This document shows positions 1 to 14,907 of a stretch of DNA of 64,000 nt, in pieces. A model generated the notes under the pieces. It had not been told where the DNA came from and did not search any database. It was given only the letters and a program-made list of their open reading frames with translations. Every line of letters begins with the position of its first letter. The stretch's first letter is position 1. The DNA comes from the human T2T-CHM13v2.0 reference genome, Homo sapiens: the NCBI RefSeq assembly GCF_009914755.1, contig NC_060929.1, one strand, 5' to 3'. A program made the translations under genes and the position numbers.

Positions 1-135
1 CATGCCCAGCTCATTTATTTTGTAATTGTAGGGACAGGGTCTCACTGTGTTGCCTAGGCTGGTCTCAAGTGATCCTCCCTCCTTGGCCTCCCAAGGTGCT
101 GGAATTATAGGTGTGAACAAACCACCATGCCTGGC
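1..135 (-). mobile_element. Alu fragment (left arm, AluJ/FLAM-like), cut by window edge
   Basis: Reverse-complement Alu motifs: gggtctcactgtgttgcctaggctggtctc ... cctcccaaggtgctggaattataggtgtga ... ccatgcctggcc. Confidence 0.8.
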
Positions 136-258
136 CTTGTAGTTTATTTCTAAGTTCAAATTAATGTTGGTGCCTGAGAACGAATGGAGAAAACTAACAT
201 TTCCTCCTTTTTCTTGGCAGACGGTTTACTAGGTGAGTGTGTCCTTGATTATTCAAAT

Positions 259-3200
259 CAGGGGTCCCCAATCCCCAGGCCACAGATTGTTACCAGTCCA
301 TGGCCTGTTAGGAACCAGGCCGCACAGTAGGAGGTGAGCAGTGGGCCGGTGAGCTACTGTGTGAGCTCCACCCCCTGCCAGAGCATTACTGTGAACTCCG
401 CCACCTGTCAGAGCATTACTGTGTGAGCTCCGCCCCCTGCCAGAGCATTACTCTGTGAACACCACCTGTCAGAGCATTACCGTGTGAGCTCCGCCTGCTG
501 CCAGAGCATTACTCTGTGAGCTCCGCCTCCTGTCAGAGCGTTACCGTGAGCTCCGCCCCGTTAGAGCATTACTGTGTGAGCTCCGCGCCCTGCCAGAGCA
601 TTACTGTGTGAGCTCCGCCCCTGCCAGAGCATTACCTTGTGAGCTCCACCCCCTGCCAGAGCATTACTGGGTGAGCTCCACCCCCTGCCAGAGCATTACT
701 GGGTGAGCTCCACCCCCTGCCAGAGCATTACTGTGAGCTCCGCCTCCCGACAGCATTACCGTGTGAGCTCCGCGCCCTGCCAGAGCATTACTGTGTGAGC
801 TCCGCCCCTGCCAGAGCATTACCTTGTGAGCTCCACCCCCTGCCAGAGCATTACTGGGTGAGCTCCACCCCCTGCCAGAGCATTACTGTGTGAGCTCCGC
901 TCCTGCCATAGCATTACTGTGAGCTCCGCCTCCCGACAGCATTACCGTGTGAGCTCCGCCCCCGTTAGAGCATTACTGTGTGAGCTCCACCCCCTGCCAG
1001 AGCATTACTGGGTGAGCTCCACCCCCTGCCAGAGCATTACCGTGAGCTCCGCCCCCTGTCAGAGCATTACTGTGAGCTCCGCCCCATGTTAGAGCATTAC
1101 TATGTGAGCTCCGCCCCCTGCCAGAGCATTACTGTGAGCTCCGCCCCCCTGTCAGAGCATTAGTGTGTGAGCTCCTCCTCCTGTCAGAGCCTTACCGTGA
1201 GCTCCGCCCCCTGCCAGAGCATTACCGTTTGAGCTCCGCCTCCTGTCAGAGCATTACTGTGAGCTCCATCTCTTGTCAGAGCATTACCGTGTGAGCTCCA
1301 CCCCCTGCCAGAGCATTACCGTGTGAGCTCCGCCCCCTGCCAGAGCATTACTGTGAGTTCCTTCTCCTCTCAGAGCCTTGCCGTGAGCTCCGCCCCCCGC
1401 CAGAGCATTACCGTGTGAGCTCCGCCTCCTGCCAGAGCATTACCGTGTGAGCTCCGCCTCCTGTCACAGCATTACCGTGTGAGCTCCGCCTCCCGCCAGA
1501 GCATTACCGTGTGAGCTCCGCCTCCTGTCACAGCATTACCGTGTGAGCTCCGCCTCCCGCCAGAGCATTACCGTGTGAGCTCCGCCTCCCGTCCGAGCAT
1601 TACCGTGTGAGCTCCGCCCCCCGCCACAGCATTACCGTGTGAGCTCCGCCTCCCGTCACAGCATTACCGTGTGAGCTCCGCCCCCTGCCAGAGCATTACT
1701 GTGAGCTCCTTCTCCTCTCAGAGCCTTGCCGTGAGCTCCGCCCCCCGCCAGAGCATTACCGTGTGAGCTCCGCCTCCTGCCAGAGCATTACCGTGTGAGC
1801 TCCGCCTCCCGTCAGAGCATTACCGTGTGAGCTCCGCCTCCCGTCACAGCATTACCGTGTGAGCTCCGCCTCCCGTCCGAGCATTACCGTGTGAGCTCCG
1901 CCTCCCGTCCGAGCATTACCGTGTGAGCTCCGCCTCCCGTCCGAGCATTACCGTGTGAGCTCCGCCTCCCGCCACAGCATTACCGTGTGAGCTCCGCCTC
2001 CCGTCAGAGCATTACCGTGTGAGCTCCGCCTCCCGTCCGAGCATTACCGTGTGAGCTCCGCCTCCCGTCACAGCATTACCGTGTGAGCTCCGCCTCCCGT
2101 CAGAGCATTACCGTGTGAGCTCCGCCTCCCGTCCGAGCATTACCGTGTGAGCTCCGCCTCCCGTCACAGCATTACCGTGTGAGCTCCGCCTCCCGCCAGA
2201 GCATTACCGTGTGAGCTCCGCCCCCCGCCAGAGCATTACCGTGTGAGCTCCGCCCCCCGCCACAGCATTACCGTGTGAGCTCCGCCTCCCGTCACAGCAT
2301 TACCGTGTGAGCTCCGCCTCCCGACAGAGCATTACCGTGTGAGTGAGCTCCGCCTCCCGGCAGAGCATTACCGTGTGAGCTCCGCCTCCCGTCAGAGCAT
2401 TACCGTGTGAGCTCCGCCTCCCGGCAGAGCATTACCGTGTGAGCTCCGCCTCCCGCCAGAGCATTACCGTGTGAGCTCCGCCTCCCGTCACAGCATTACC
2501 GTGTGAGCTCCGCCTCCCCACAGAGCATTACCGTGTGAGCTCCGCCTCCCGTCACAGCATTACCGTGTGAGCTCCGCCTCCCGGCAGAGCATTACCGTGT
2601 GAGCTCCGCCTCCCGTCAGAGCATTACCGTGTGAGCTCCGCCTCCCGCCAGAGCATTACCGTGTGAGCTCCGCCTCCCGACAGAGCATTACCGTGTGAGC
2701 TCCGCCTCCCGTCACAGCATTACCGTGTGAGCTCCGCCTCCCGTCACAGCATTACCGTGTGAGCTCCGCCTCCCGTCACAGCATTACCGTGTGAGCTCCG
2801 CCTCCCGTCACAGCATTACCGTGTGAGCTCCGCCTCCCGTCACAGCATTACCGTGTGAGCTCCGCCTCCCGTCACAGCATTACCGTGTGAGCTCCGCCTC
2901 CCGTCACAGCATTACCGTGTGAGCTCCGCCTCCCGCCAGAGCATTACCGTGTGAGCTCCGCCTCCCGTCAGAGCATTACCGTGTGAGCTCCGCCTCCCGT
3001 CAGAGCATTACCGTGTGAGATCCGCCTCCCGCCAGAGCATTACCGTGTGAGCTCCGCCTCCCGCCAGAGCATTACCGTGTGAGCTCCGCCTCCCGACAGA
3101 GCATTACCGTGTGAGCTCCGCCTCCCGTCACAGCATTACCGTGTGAGCTCCGCCTCCCGACAGAGCATTACCGTGTGAGCTCCGCCTCCTGTCCGAGCAT

Positions 3201-4692
3201 TACCGTGTGAGCTCCGCCTCCCGCCAGAGCATTACCGTGTGAGCTCCGCCCCCCGCCACAGCATTACCGTGTGAGCTCCGCCTCCCGTCCGAGCATTACC
3301 GTGTGAGCTCCGCCTCCCGTCCGAGCATTACCGTGTGAGCTCCGCCTCCCGCCAGAGCATTACCGTGTGAGCTCCGCCTCCCGTCCGAGCATTACTGTGT
3401 GAGCTCCGCCTCCCGTCACAGCATTACCGTGTGAGCTCCGCCTCCCGTCACAGCATTACCGTGTGAGCTCCGCCTCCCGTCAGAGCATTACCGTGTGAGC
3501 TCCGCCTCCCGTCAGAGCATTACCGTGTGAGCTCCGCCTCCCAACAGAGCATTACCGTGTGAGCTCCGCCTCCCGCCAGAGCATTACCGTGTGAGCTCCG
3601 CCTCCCCACAGAGCATTACCGTGTGAGCTCCGCCTCCCGGCAGAGCATTACCGTGTGAGCTCCGCCTCCCGGCAGAGCATTACCGTGTGAGCTCCGCCTC
3701 CCGTCAGAGCATTACCGTGTGAGCTCCGCCTCCCGGCAGAGCATTACCGTGTGAGCTCCGCCTCCCGGCAGAGCATTACCGTGTGAGCTCCGCCTCCCGT
3801 CAGAGCATTACCGTGTGAGCTCCGCCTCCCGGCAGAGCATTACCGTGTGAGCTCCGCCTCCCGCCAGAGCATTACCGTGTGAGCTCCGCCTCCCGTCACA
3901 GCATTACCGTGTGAGCTCCGCCTCCCCACAGAGCATTACCGTGTGAGCTCCGCCTCCCGTCACAGCATTACCGTGTGAGCTCCGCCTCCCGTCACAGCAT
4001 TACCGTGTGAGCTCCGCCTCCCGTCACAGCATTACCGTGTGAGCTCCGCCTCCCGGCAGAGCATTACCGTGTGAGCTCCGCCTCCCAACAGAGCATTACC
4101 GTGTGAGCTCCGCCTCCCGGCAGAGCATTACCGTGTGAGCTCCGCCTCCCGGCAGAGCATTACCGTGTGAGCTCCGCCTCCCGTCAGAGCATTACCGTGT
4201 GAGCTCCGCCTCCCCGCAGAGCATTACCGTGTGAGCTCCGCCTCCCGACAGAGCATTACCGTGTGAGCTCCGCCTCCCGTCACAGCATTACCGTGTGAGC
4301 TCCGCCTCCCGACAGAGCATTACCGTGTGAGCTCCGCCTCCCGTCAGAGCATTACCGTGTGAGCTCCGCCTCCCGGCAGAGCATTACCGTGTGAGCTCCG
4401 CCTCCTGTCCAAGCATTACTGTGTGAGATCCGCCCCCTGTCATATCATTACTGGGCGAGCTCCGCCTCCTGCCAGATCAGTGGTGGCATTAGATTCTCAT
4501 AGGAGTGGAACCCTGTTGTGAACTGCGCATGCGAAGGATCTAGGTTATGCGCCGCTTATGAAAATCTAATGCTGATGATCTGAGATGGAACCGTTTCATC
4601 TCCAAACCATCCCCACCATCCCCACACTTGTCCGTGGAAAAAGTGTCTTCCATGAAACCAGTCCCTGGTGCCAACAAGGTTAGGGACCACCA
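259..4692 (+). mobile_element. MER1B (hAT-Charlie non-autonomous DNA transposon) split by an internal VNTR
   Basis: Left end CAGGGGTCCCCAATCCCC...GGCCTGTTAGGAACCAGGCCGCACAG and right part CAGATCAGTGGTGGCATTAGATTCTCATAGGAG...CCAACAAGGTTAGGGACCAC resemble the recalled MER1B consensus; degenerate 8-bp TSD ATTCAAAT (251-258) / GTTTAAAT (4693-4700). Confidence 0.85.
355..4474. repeat. 32-bp VNTR, ~125-130 copies, consensus GAGCATTACCGTGTGAGCTCCGCCTCCCGTCA
   Basis: Period measured directly (GCATTACC at 2041, 2073, 2105); diverged 30-32-bp units at the edges, homogeneous core ~1400-4400. Confidence 0.97.
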
Positions 4693-4814
4693 GTTTAAAT
4701 AACCAAATACTAAAAGAACTGGCATAGAAGTAAATGGGCTGCTGCTTTATTTTTAGGCTGTTCTTTTTAGAGAACAATGACAATTATTTCCAAGTTTGTC
4801 ATTAGAAAGTAATA

Positions 4815-4894
4815 TTAGGTTGGTGCAAAAGTAATTGCAGTTTTTGCCATTACTTTCAATGGTAAAAGCCACGATTACTTTTGCACCAACTTAA
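4815..4894. mobile_element. MADE1 (Hsmar1-derived 80-bp palindromic MITE)
   Basis: TTAGGTTGGTGCAAAAGTAATTGC...GATTACTTTTGCACCAACTTAA inverted repeats, flanked by TA on both sides. Confidence 0.92.
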
Positions 4895-4960
4895 TATGAT
4901 AAATTTGTTCCTTAAAGTGTATTTTTGGTAAGAAAAACCTTTTGTTTTTCCTTATATTAA

Positions 4961-5271
<311 letters not shown>

Positions 5272-5339
5272 TAAGACAAGGCAGGTTTTACATTATATTT
5301 AGATTTTTTTTTTAATGATGTCTTTTTTGGCAGTGCACA

Positions 5340-6290
5340 GCCAGAGAACAACACATCACACACAGGAAACAGTTGTGCTCATGTGATGGGGGCCTCAGCA
5401 CTAGGAAGGAGCGGACTATTGGTGCACGCAGCAGCTTGAATAAATCTGAAAGTCACTATGCTGTGTAAGAGAAGCCAAATTTTAAAAGTGCATACTGTGT
5501 ACAGAGGGTGTCGAGAATGCCTCCTACGTGACGGAAAGCAGATCCGTGGTTCCCTGCAGACTGGCAGGAGCAGATTCCAAAGGCACAGGAAGAAGCTTGT
5601 GGGTAGAGTGTGTTCATTATCTTCTGTGCATTACACCATAAAAAAGCTGGTCATAAAAATGCGAACCAAAAACAAAGGTGAAACTAGGATAAAATTTCTC
5701 ACCTGTGTGATTGGTAAATGTGCAGGTTTGACATCATGCTTTGTTTATGAAGCTGTGGGATACAAGGACTCTCATACGTCACTGTGGAATGCAGAACATT
5801 GCAACCTCATGGAAGAGGATTTGGCAGCATCTAACAAAAGTATGTGGCATTTGCCCTTTGACTCAGCAATTCTAGACTGCCTCAAAAAAAACTCTGGCAA
5901 AAAAATGAAAGGACTTTACTCACAGAGTTCTTTTCACGCCTAAATATGTTTGCAACCAAGTTCTTCACTGTGGCATTTGTAAAACTGGAAACAATCAAAA
6001 TGTCCATCAGTAGGGGATTAGGAACATTAATTCGTACAGTGGGGAACTCAGTACCAGAAGGAGGGATGAGGAAGACCTATTGATAAGGGGCAGAGTACAT
6101 ATCATATAATGCAAATATATATTTGCTTTTTCTTAAAACAGTACAAAGATAAAAAACTAAAGTGGTTGCTGTGGAGGACAGGGGTCAATGGTGGAAGTGA
6201 GACTGAAATAGACTCTGAAGTAATATCTGGACTTTGAAATTATAAGTGTTTTACATATTACCAAACTAAGTTTTAAGATAGTCCCTAAAA
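5340..6290 (+). mobile_element. Degenerate old L1 (L1M-type) 3' fragments
   Basis: Motifs such as aaaactggaaacaatcaaaatgtccatcagtagggga and ccctttgactcagcaattctag resemble old L1 3' regions; boundaries uncertain. Confidence 0.45.
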
Positions 6291-6950
6291 TTGAAAGAAT
6301 AGTATCTGAAATGAATGAATCTAAATTCCTTGGATTGTCTTCTGCAGGTGCCAACCCTGAGACCAAAATTTGGAAGGTGGCCCTGAGCAGCAGCTGAAGG
6401 GAAGCGGGAGGTAAGACAGGAAAGAGGTGAGGGCACAGGGTGTCTGGGAGCCGGATCCCACGTGGGCAGCTGGGCCCGTGCTCATTGTGGGAGCTGGTGC
6501 ATTCCTTCACCAGCCCACGCTCCACAGGGTCAGGATGGTCAATTCCGGGCACCCCGGCCTAATCCAGGACATGCTCCTGCCACCAGAGAAAGCCCCTAGG
6601 CAGCATCCCGGGTGCTGGTGGTGTCAGAATCAAGTTTGAGTCTGAGGAGTGACCTGGGGCTGGCTGGGCTAGGCAGCATCACAGGGTTCTGCAGCCCAAC
6701 TGCACATCAGGCTGGTGACAGTCACACAGCCTATTACTTCGTGTGTCATCAGAGCATCGCCAGAACGCAGCACTTCAAGTATGCAGATTTAGTGAGCCAT
6801 AGTTTAAAGACAAATAGAGCCACTGAAATCCTAAATTTCAATCAATCATCTCCTTGTTACTTGTCTTATTGGTATTAAGCCTTTGAAATTATCTGGGGTG
6901 GGAGTTAAAACTATAACTAATTATGTTAATGCTAAAACTAAGATTTTTCT

Positions 6951-7243
6951 GGCCAGGTGCGGTGGCTCACACCTGTAATCCCAGCACTTTGGGAGGCCGA
7001 GGTGGACAGATCACCTGAGGCCAGGAGTTTAAGACCAGCCTTGCCAACATGGTGAAACCCCATCTCTACTAAAATTCAAAAATTAGCTGGGCATGGTGGC
7101 AGGTGCCTGTAATCCCAGCTATTCAGGAGGCTGAGGCAGGAGAATCTCTTGAACCAGGAGGCGGAGGTTGCAGTGAGCCTAGATTGTGCCACTGCACTCT
7201 AGCCTGGGCAACAGGAACAAAACTCCATCTCAAAAAATAAAAA
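6951..7243 (+). mobile_element. AluS, full length with TSD
   Basis: GGCCAGGTGCGGTGGCTCAC start, A tail, TSD AAGATTTTTCT on both sides. Confidence 0.95.
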
Positions 7244-7648
7244 AAGATTTTTCTGAGAAAAAGGTGTAAAACCATATACTAAATTTGAAATAGAAATATA
7301 AGCATTAACTCTGTTGTTCCTTTCACATAGACACATTTCCTAGCTCTGCCCCAGGAGCAGTAGGCACATGAAGCACCTAGACTTGGTCTCTAATACATGA
7401 AAACCATGAATTCATAGTGATGGTTTCAAAGCCAAAACCAACCAACCAAACACATGTAATTGGTCACTCTTGGAGGTACCTAGGGCACTAACTCCTAACA
7501 CTGGGAGTGGACACTTGAGGGAAGATCAGCGATTATCCCACCTTCTGTCTACAAATTGCAATCAGGGAAACCTTGCTGATTAGGAAAAGTTCTTTACAGA
7601 AGAATTCCTGCAAATAAGTGAGTAAAGAATGACAGTTTAAGAATTGTC

Positions 7649-7858
<210 letters not shown>

Positions 7859-7884
7859 GAGTTGTCAAATTGCCACCCCAATGC

Positions 7885-8157
7885 TGTGGTTCTCTAACCT
7901 GTGTAACAGGATCACCTGGAGGGACCCTACCCGAGACCTTCCGATTCAGTCCTGGGGGAACCCTACCCCAGATCTTCCGATTCAGTCCTGGGGGGACCCT
8001 ACCCCAGATCTTCCGATTCAGTCCTGGGGGAACCCCACCCCAGACCTTCCGATTCAGTCCTGGAGGGACCCTACCCCAGATCTTCCGATTCAGTCCTGGT
8101 TCGGCCTGAGAATTTGCATTTCTAACATGTCCAGGGACCACAGTTTGAAAACCTCCA
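7885..8157. mobile_element. MER5A-like hAT remnant containing a 36-bp tandem repeat (~5 copies, 7915-8098)
   Basis: GTGGTTCTCTAACC...ATCACCTGGAG and GGCCTGAGAATTTGCATTTCTAACA...GGACCACAGTTTGA resemble MER5A; unit CCTGGGGGAACCCTACCCCAGATCTTCCGATTCAGT, period 36. Confidence 0.7.
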
Positions 8158-8736
8158 CAGCTGACATGTAATGGGATGACTTGGTCCAATAAATGAAGGA
8201 AAAGTAACAGGTGGCAACCTCAGGCAGCTTCATCCCAACCAGTAAGAAAGTAAATCCTTTTGTAAACTAAGAGGAAGTATTAATATGGGCGTTTGAGCAA
8301 ACATTTAAGTGTTAGGACAAAGAATTAAAAACTAGCACAGGCACCCCTGAAGCATGATAGGATGGCAACAGAAGGGCTGATTTAGTTTCCAAGAAATAAC
8401 TGACAGGCAGTGTTGTGTGTGTGTCTACTGCTTAGGAACCCAAAACAAACCTTCAGACCATTTTCATGAGTACTGAGACCAGGAAAACCACTGGGCAGTG
8501 GGTGGTCTGGAAATGTAAATGTTTATAGTACTCCATGGAGTACTATATGAGTCATGGAACGATGTTTCATATTGAAAATGTTTTATAAATGTGGGTTTCA
8601 AGGTTTTAAAGTGAACCCATGTGTGTGAGGAGAAAGGACACACCAAAGAAGTAAAATAATTGGGTCAATATAAAAAGAAAGTAGAATATTGCCCAGAGAG
8701 GAGATGTGGATAATTCCTAACACGGATCAAAGGTGA

Positions 8737-8992
8737 GCTGTGTCTAAGACAGTCAGACCTGCACCGTCCCGTGCAGTAGACACCGTGGCCGCTGTGTCTG
8801 AGATATTCAGACCCTCGCCGTCCCGTGCAGTAGACACGGTGGCCGCTGTCTGTAAGATATTCAGACCCTCGCCGTCCCGTGCAGTAGACACGGTGGCCGC
8901 TGTGTCTAAAATATTCAGTCCCGTGCAGTAGACACGGTGGCCGCTGTGTCTAAGATATTCAGACCTGCACCATCCTGAGCAGTAGCCACAGT
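8737..8992. repeat. 54-bp tandem repeat (~4.5 copies, one shortened) running into a MER3-like remnant
   Basis: Unit GCTGTGTCTAAGATATTCAGACCCTCGCCGTCCCGTGCAGTAGACACGGTGGCC; period 54 (8764 to 8818). Confidence 0.85.
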
Positions 8993-10160
8993 GGCAAGTA
9001 GCCTCTGCACTGGACAGTGCAGCTACAGAATGATGCTATCACTAGAAAGTTCCATCAGCCAGCACTGATGCAGACCTTTGCAAATGCCCCTCACACTGAA
9101 TAGCACCTAGCTGATAGATTGTCCACTACTCAGTGAAAAGCCTGTGTTAAAAGCAGTATTTGGTAGAAAAGCAAAAAAGGGGAAAAAATTAAAAGTGGTA
9201 AGTCATTGTCTTCCTTACTGAATTCTAGCAGAAGAATGTTGGAAGGAAGATGGGAGTCACGGGAGAAAGTATCATTGTCCCAGGACAGGAGGGGGTGCCA
9301 GGCATGGTTGGCTCTGTCCCTGGAATTCTATGGCGGGAATCTGGAAAAAGGAAAAGTGACTGGAGAAGAAAAGATTCTGTGTGCAAATGTCATGATGCAG
9401 CCATCAGTCATCCTGAGAAAATAAGCGAACAAAGTGGCTTCAGATGGATGCTGTTGGATACATGTACAGATACAATGTACACTTGCATATGCTTGTTCAC
9501 ACAAAGGACAGGATGGTTATCTGTTCATTTAACAAATACTTGTTGAGGGCCTATATGTGCCAAAGACATCAGATGCATAAGAGGGTGCACTATGGAAAGC
9601 CTCAGGAACACAAGTGCCCAGAAACATTTAGAAAAATTCTAATGAAAACAGAAAAGGCATTTTCAAATTAGCTGAGAGAAACGAGACCAAAGGAAAGACT
9701 GACCCAGTATTTGGATACATTATGTGATGAACCTTAATGCAGGGAGGAAAGTGTTATCTTTCAGTTAATTTCTCAACTTCTGGAGAGCTTAGAACAGACC
9801 TGGCTAGGAGGAAATTGAATCTGAGGCAGATGAGGAGATAGTGGTGCCTTGATGCTTCCAGTGATTGGGTCAGCAGAACCAGGGGTGGGAGATGATCTCT
9901 CTTTTTGTTGGCAGATGGTGGTCTCTGCTGTAGCTTTGTCCCCTGGTGACGGGACTCAGGCAGCAACCCCCATCATTGGCAATACCCCCACCTCTGAGAA
10001 TGTGGAGAGGACTTGTGAAGACAATGTTGTCCCAAGCAGCACAGCCCAGGTACTGACAGGATTCAGAGCTAGAGGTTTCTTAGAGGTCAGGGTTGTAGAA
10101 GCAGCAGGGACTGCAGCTGCATAGTTTGTGTATGTAACAGGCTAGTATCTCTTGTTCTAG

Positions 10161-10490
<330 letters not shown>

Positions 10491-10587
10491 AGGGTGTTTT
10501 TTCTTTAAACCTTAATTTCATAGTAATTAACCTCCCTTTCAAGAGTCAGCCTTGCTGCCCCTGAGATGATGCAGAAAAAGCACAAAA

Positions 10588-10710
10588 GGATCTGGGCTTG
10601 AATCTCCTCTTACTGCCTGCTTGGCTTTAGGCAAGTTACCTTCTCTGAACTCTAGTTTTCTCTTCAGTAAAATGTGGATATGGTGCCTTGGCATGGGGAG
10701 GATTAAACAA
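10588..10710 (+). mobile_element. MIR fragment
   Basis: ggctttaggcaagttaccttctctgaactctagttttctcttcagtaaaatg resembles the MIR core. Confidence 0.6.
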
Positions 10711-10999
10711 AGCCACATATTTAAATATTATAAGGGTGGATTATATTTAAATATTAAAAGGGTGGATTCTAGCTGGTTGCATTCATTAAGTGTGTCCTCT
10801 CTTGAATGAAGGCATTTTCTACCCCTAGAACTAAAGGGAAAGCATGACGGAGCACTCCTGGGTGCCATGGGTGATGATGGCTGTGGTACTCCAGGTTGGA
10901 GACTCGGCCAACAGTTGGTAGAGCCCAACTAACTGTTGGGAGTGGAGGCTGAGGCCTGCTGCAGTCACTGAGATGCTCCCCCTTTTAAAAAATTTTAAA

Positions 11000-11095
11000 A
11001 TAGCCCAAGCTAGTCTTGAAGTTCTGGCCTCAAGTGATCCTCCCACCTCAGCCTCCCAAAGTACTGGGATTATAGACATGAGCCACTGCGTCTAG
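11000..11095 (-). mobile_element. Alu monomer fragment (FLAM-like)
   Basis: gcctcaagtgatcctcccacctcagcctcccaaagtactgggattatagacatgagccac. Confidence 0.75.
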
Positions 11096-11299
11096 CACTG
11101 AGCTGTTTCTTGCTGAGGTTTCCCTGTAAGAACTTCCAAATTGGGTCACAAAATCATAGTTGTTAGTATTTTCAGAGTTCTGGAGAACAAAACAGGAGCC
11201 AGTGATGGGAGGGAGAATAAAGATGGACTTCAGAAACTACAGCTCAAAGAGCTGTGGAAGATTCTAGAAAGGATTCTTCAACAAGTGATATGAATACTT

Positions 11300-11862
11300 T
11301 GTCAATGAAAAGGCTGAAACTCTGTGAAATACTTGAAGAGATTTATTCTGAGCCAAATAGAGTGGCCACGCCCATGACACAGACCTCAGGAGGTGGCTGG
11401 GGTGCAACTTGGTTTTATGCATTTTAGAGGGTCGTGAGACATCAATCAAATCTATTCAAGATATACATTGGTTCAGTCCAGAAAGGCAGGACAACTCAAA
11501 GTGGGGGCTTCTGGGTTATAGGTAGATTTAAAAATGTTCTGATTGGCAATTAGTTGAGAGTTATTACCAATAGAAAGGAATGTCTGGGTTATAAGAGGTT
11601 GTGGAGACCAAAGTTTTATCAGCAGAAGAAGCCTTGGGGTAGCAGGCTTCAGAGAGAATAGATGGTGTTTCTCATTAGACTTAAGGTCTGTGTTGGCTTT
11701 CCCTGAATTCCAAAAGGGAGGAGGGCATAGTCAGCCATGTCCCACCCGCCCCCACTTCATGTCGTGGCCTGAACGGTTTTCAGGTTAATTTGGAGTGCCC
11801 TGGCCCAGAGAAGGGGTCCATTCAGATGGGGTGGGGCCTTAGAATTTTACTTTTGGTTTACA
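11300..11862 (-). mobile_element. ERV1 solo LTR, MER4A-like
   Basis: TG...CA termini; minus strand begins TGTAAACCAAAAGTAAAATTCTAAGGCCCC like recalled MER4A; 4-bp TSD ACTT (11296-11299, 11863-11866); minus-strand AATAAA at 11342-11347. Confidence 0.85.
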
Positions 11863-12731
11863 ACTTTATGAAGAGACCATTAGAAACCACTTGAATTCAC
11901 ATCATGAAAAAAAATCCACACTGTAAAAAAGGTTTGTAGATTAACACATTAGGTGAATGCCAAAGCCACAGAATATCTAAATTTCTCTGAGGAATTTGAA
12001 AACTCTCAGGTATATGCCTTGTGGACAAGAGAGACAGAAAAATGGGACAGAGGATGAGATAGTTTGGAGAATGGATAGCTGATCAGATCTGTAGCTGTGC
12101 CCAGAGTGCTGAATAATGGATTTGCGTCCACAGGGAAGAAAGTCTCAGGTGCCACTGATAAAAGACCACGTCCTTGGCTCTGGGTCCATTCAACATCTTG
12201 GTAGACAACTGAGTGAAAATTCAGAGACAACCCTAGGAAGTATGAGGATGAAAAAAGTTAGCATTCATGGAATGAGGCACTGAAGAAACTGAAAAGCTGA
12301 AATAACCCCATGAAATAATGAGAATAATTGTAGTATTCTGAACCGGGGCACAGGACACAGGACCGGGGTGGAAGGCGGCACGAGACTACGCGCGTGGGAA
12401 AGACCCAGGGATCACAGTGGCCCAAAGCTGGGCACTTCCCAATTCCGGGATTTGTGCTACAGGCACTCCAGGCTCCACCTTAGAACTGTGTCCAGCACGA
12501 AGGCAGTGCTGTCTTGCGGGAGGCAGGGCTGCACCACCACCGGGGTGTGAAGGGGCCCAGCAGGCAGGGGTGTGAAGGGGCCCAGCAGTGTTTCCAGCTG
12601 CACGGGGTCAGGGGCCGCGCTGATGCAGAGCACGGGGGCGCAGGTTAAACCTAAAGGAGGGAAGCTTTTGGGGGCGGAACAGACAACCGAGAATGCTGCA
12701 CACTGCCTTTCCCACCCGAATTGTGTTTTGA

Positions 12732-13035
<304 letters not shown>

Positions 13036-13048
13036 CTGCTTTTGCTTT

Positions 13049-13338
13049 CTTTTTTTTTTTTTTTTTTTTTTGGCAGAGTCTCGCTGTCCACCCCTGTAGT
13101 GCAGTGAGCTCGGCTCCCTGCGGCCTTGACCTCCCGGGCTCAGGCAATCCTCCCGCCTCAGCCCACGGAGTAGATGGGACCACAGGAGCCCACCACGCCC
13201 GACTACTTTTTGTAATTTTTGTAGGGATGGGGTCTAGCCATGCTGCCCAGGCTGGTCCGAACTGCTGGGCTCAAGAGCTCCGCCCGCCTCCGCCTCCCAA
13301 AGGGCAGGGATCACAGGTGTGAGCTACCGCGCCCCGCC
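13049..13338 (-). mobile_element. AluJ-like element, CpG-rich, abutting the promoter
   Basis: Poly-T plus diverged arms with AluJ-type ccttgacctcccgggctcaggcaatcctcccgcctcagcc. Confidence 0.85.
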
Positions 13339-13357
13339 CAGAGTTTCCGACTGTTAG

Positions 13358-14404
<1,047 letters not shown>

Positions 14405-14730
14405 TAGTGACTGATGGCCAGGGAATGGCTTAGTTATCTGAGGGAATCTTGTCTTGTCTGTGAAAAAGGGAAACTGGTGCAAATGGGAATTCAGACAGGC
14501 CAGGAGAGGAAGGAAGGGAAGGATTGAGGTGAAGATGATTGTCCTCTTAGGGGAAGACCACACTGGACGTCGGCTCCTGGGGCACTTCCTTGATTCCGCT
14601 GTACTCCTCAGCGGGACGGGAGAGGCGGAGGTTCCAGGAGGGAGCCTTCCAGAGTCGGTGCAGGGTTGACAGAAGACGTTTGTTTTGCTTTTCCTGAACT
14701 TTCGATCGCCAGCTTATTTGGTCTTCTTGA

Positions 14731-14907
<177 letters not shown>

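Noticed and set aside
355-4474. CRISPR-like appearance of regular 32-bp repeats
   Set aside because: Units are head-to-tail with no unique spacers, there are no cas genes, and the DNA is primate with Alus; it is a VNTR
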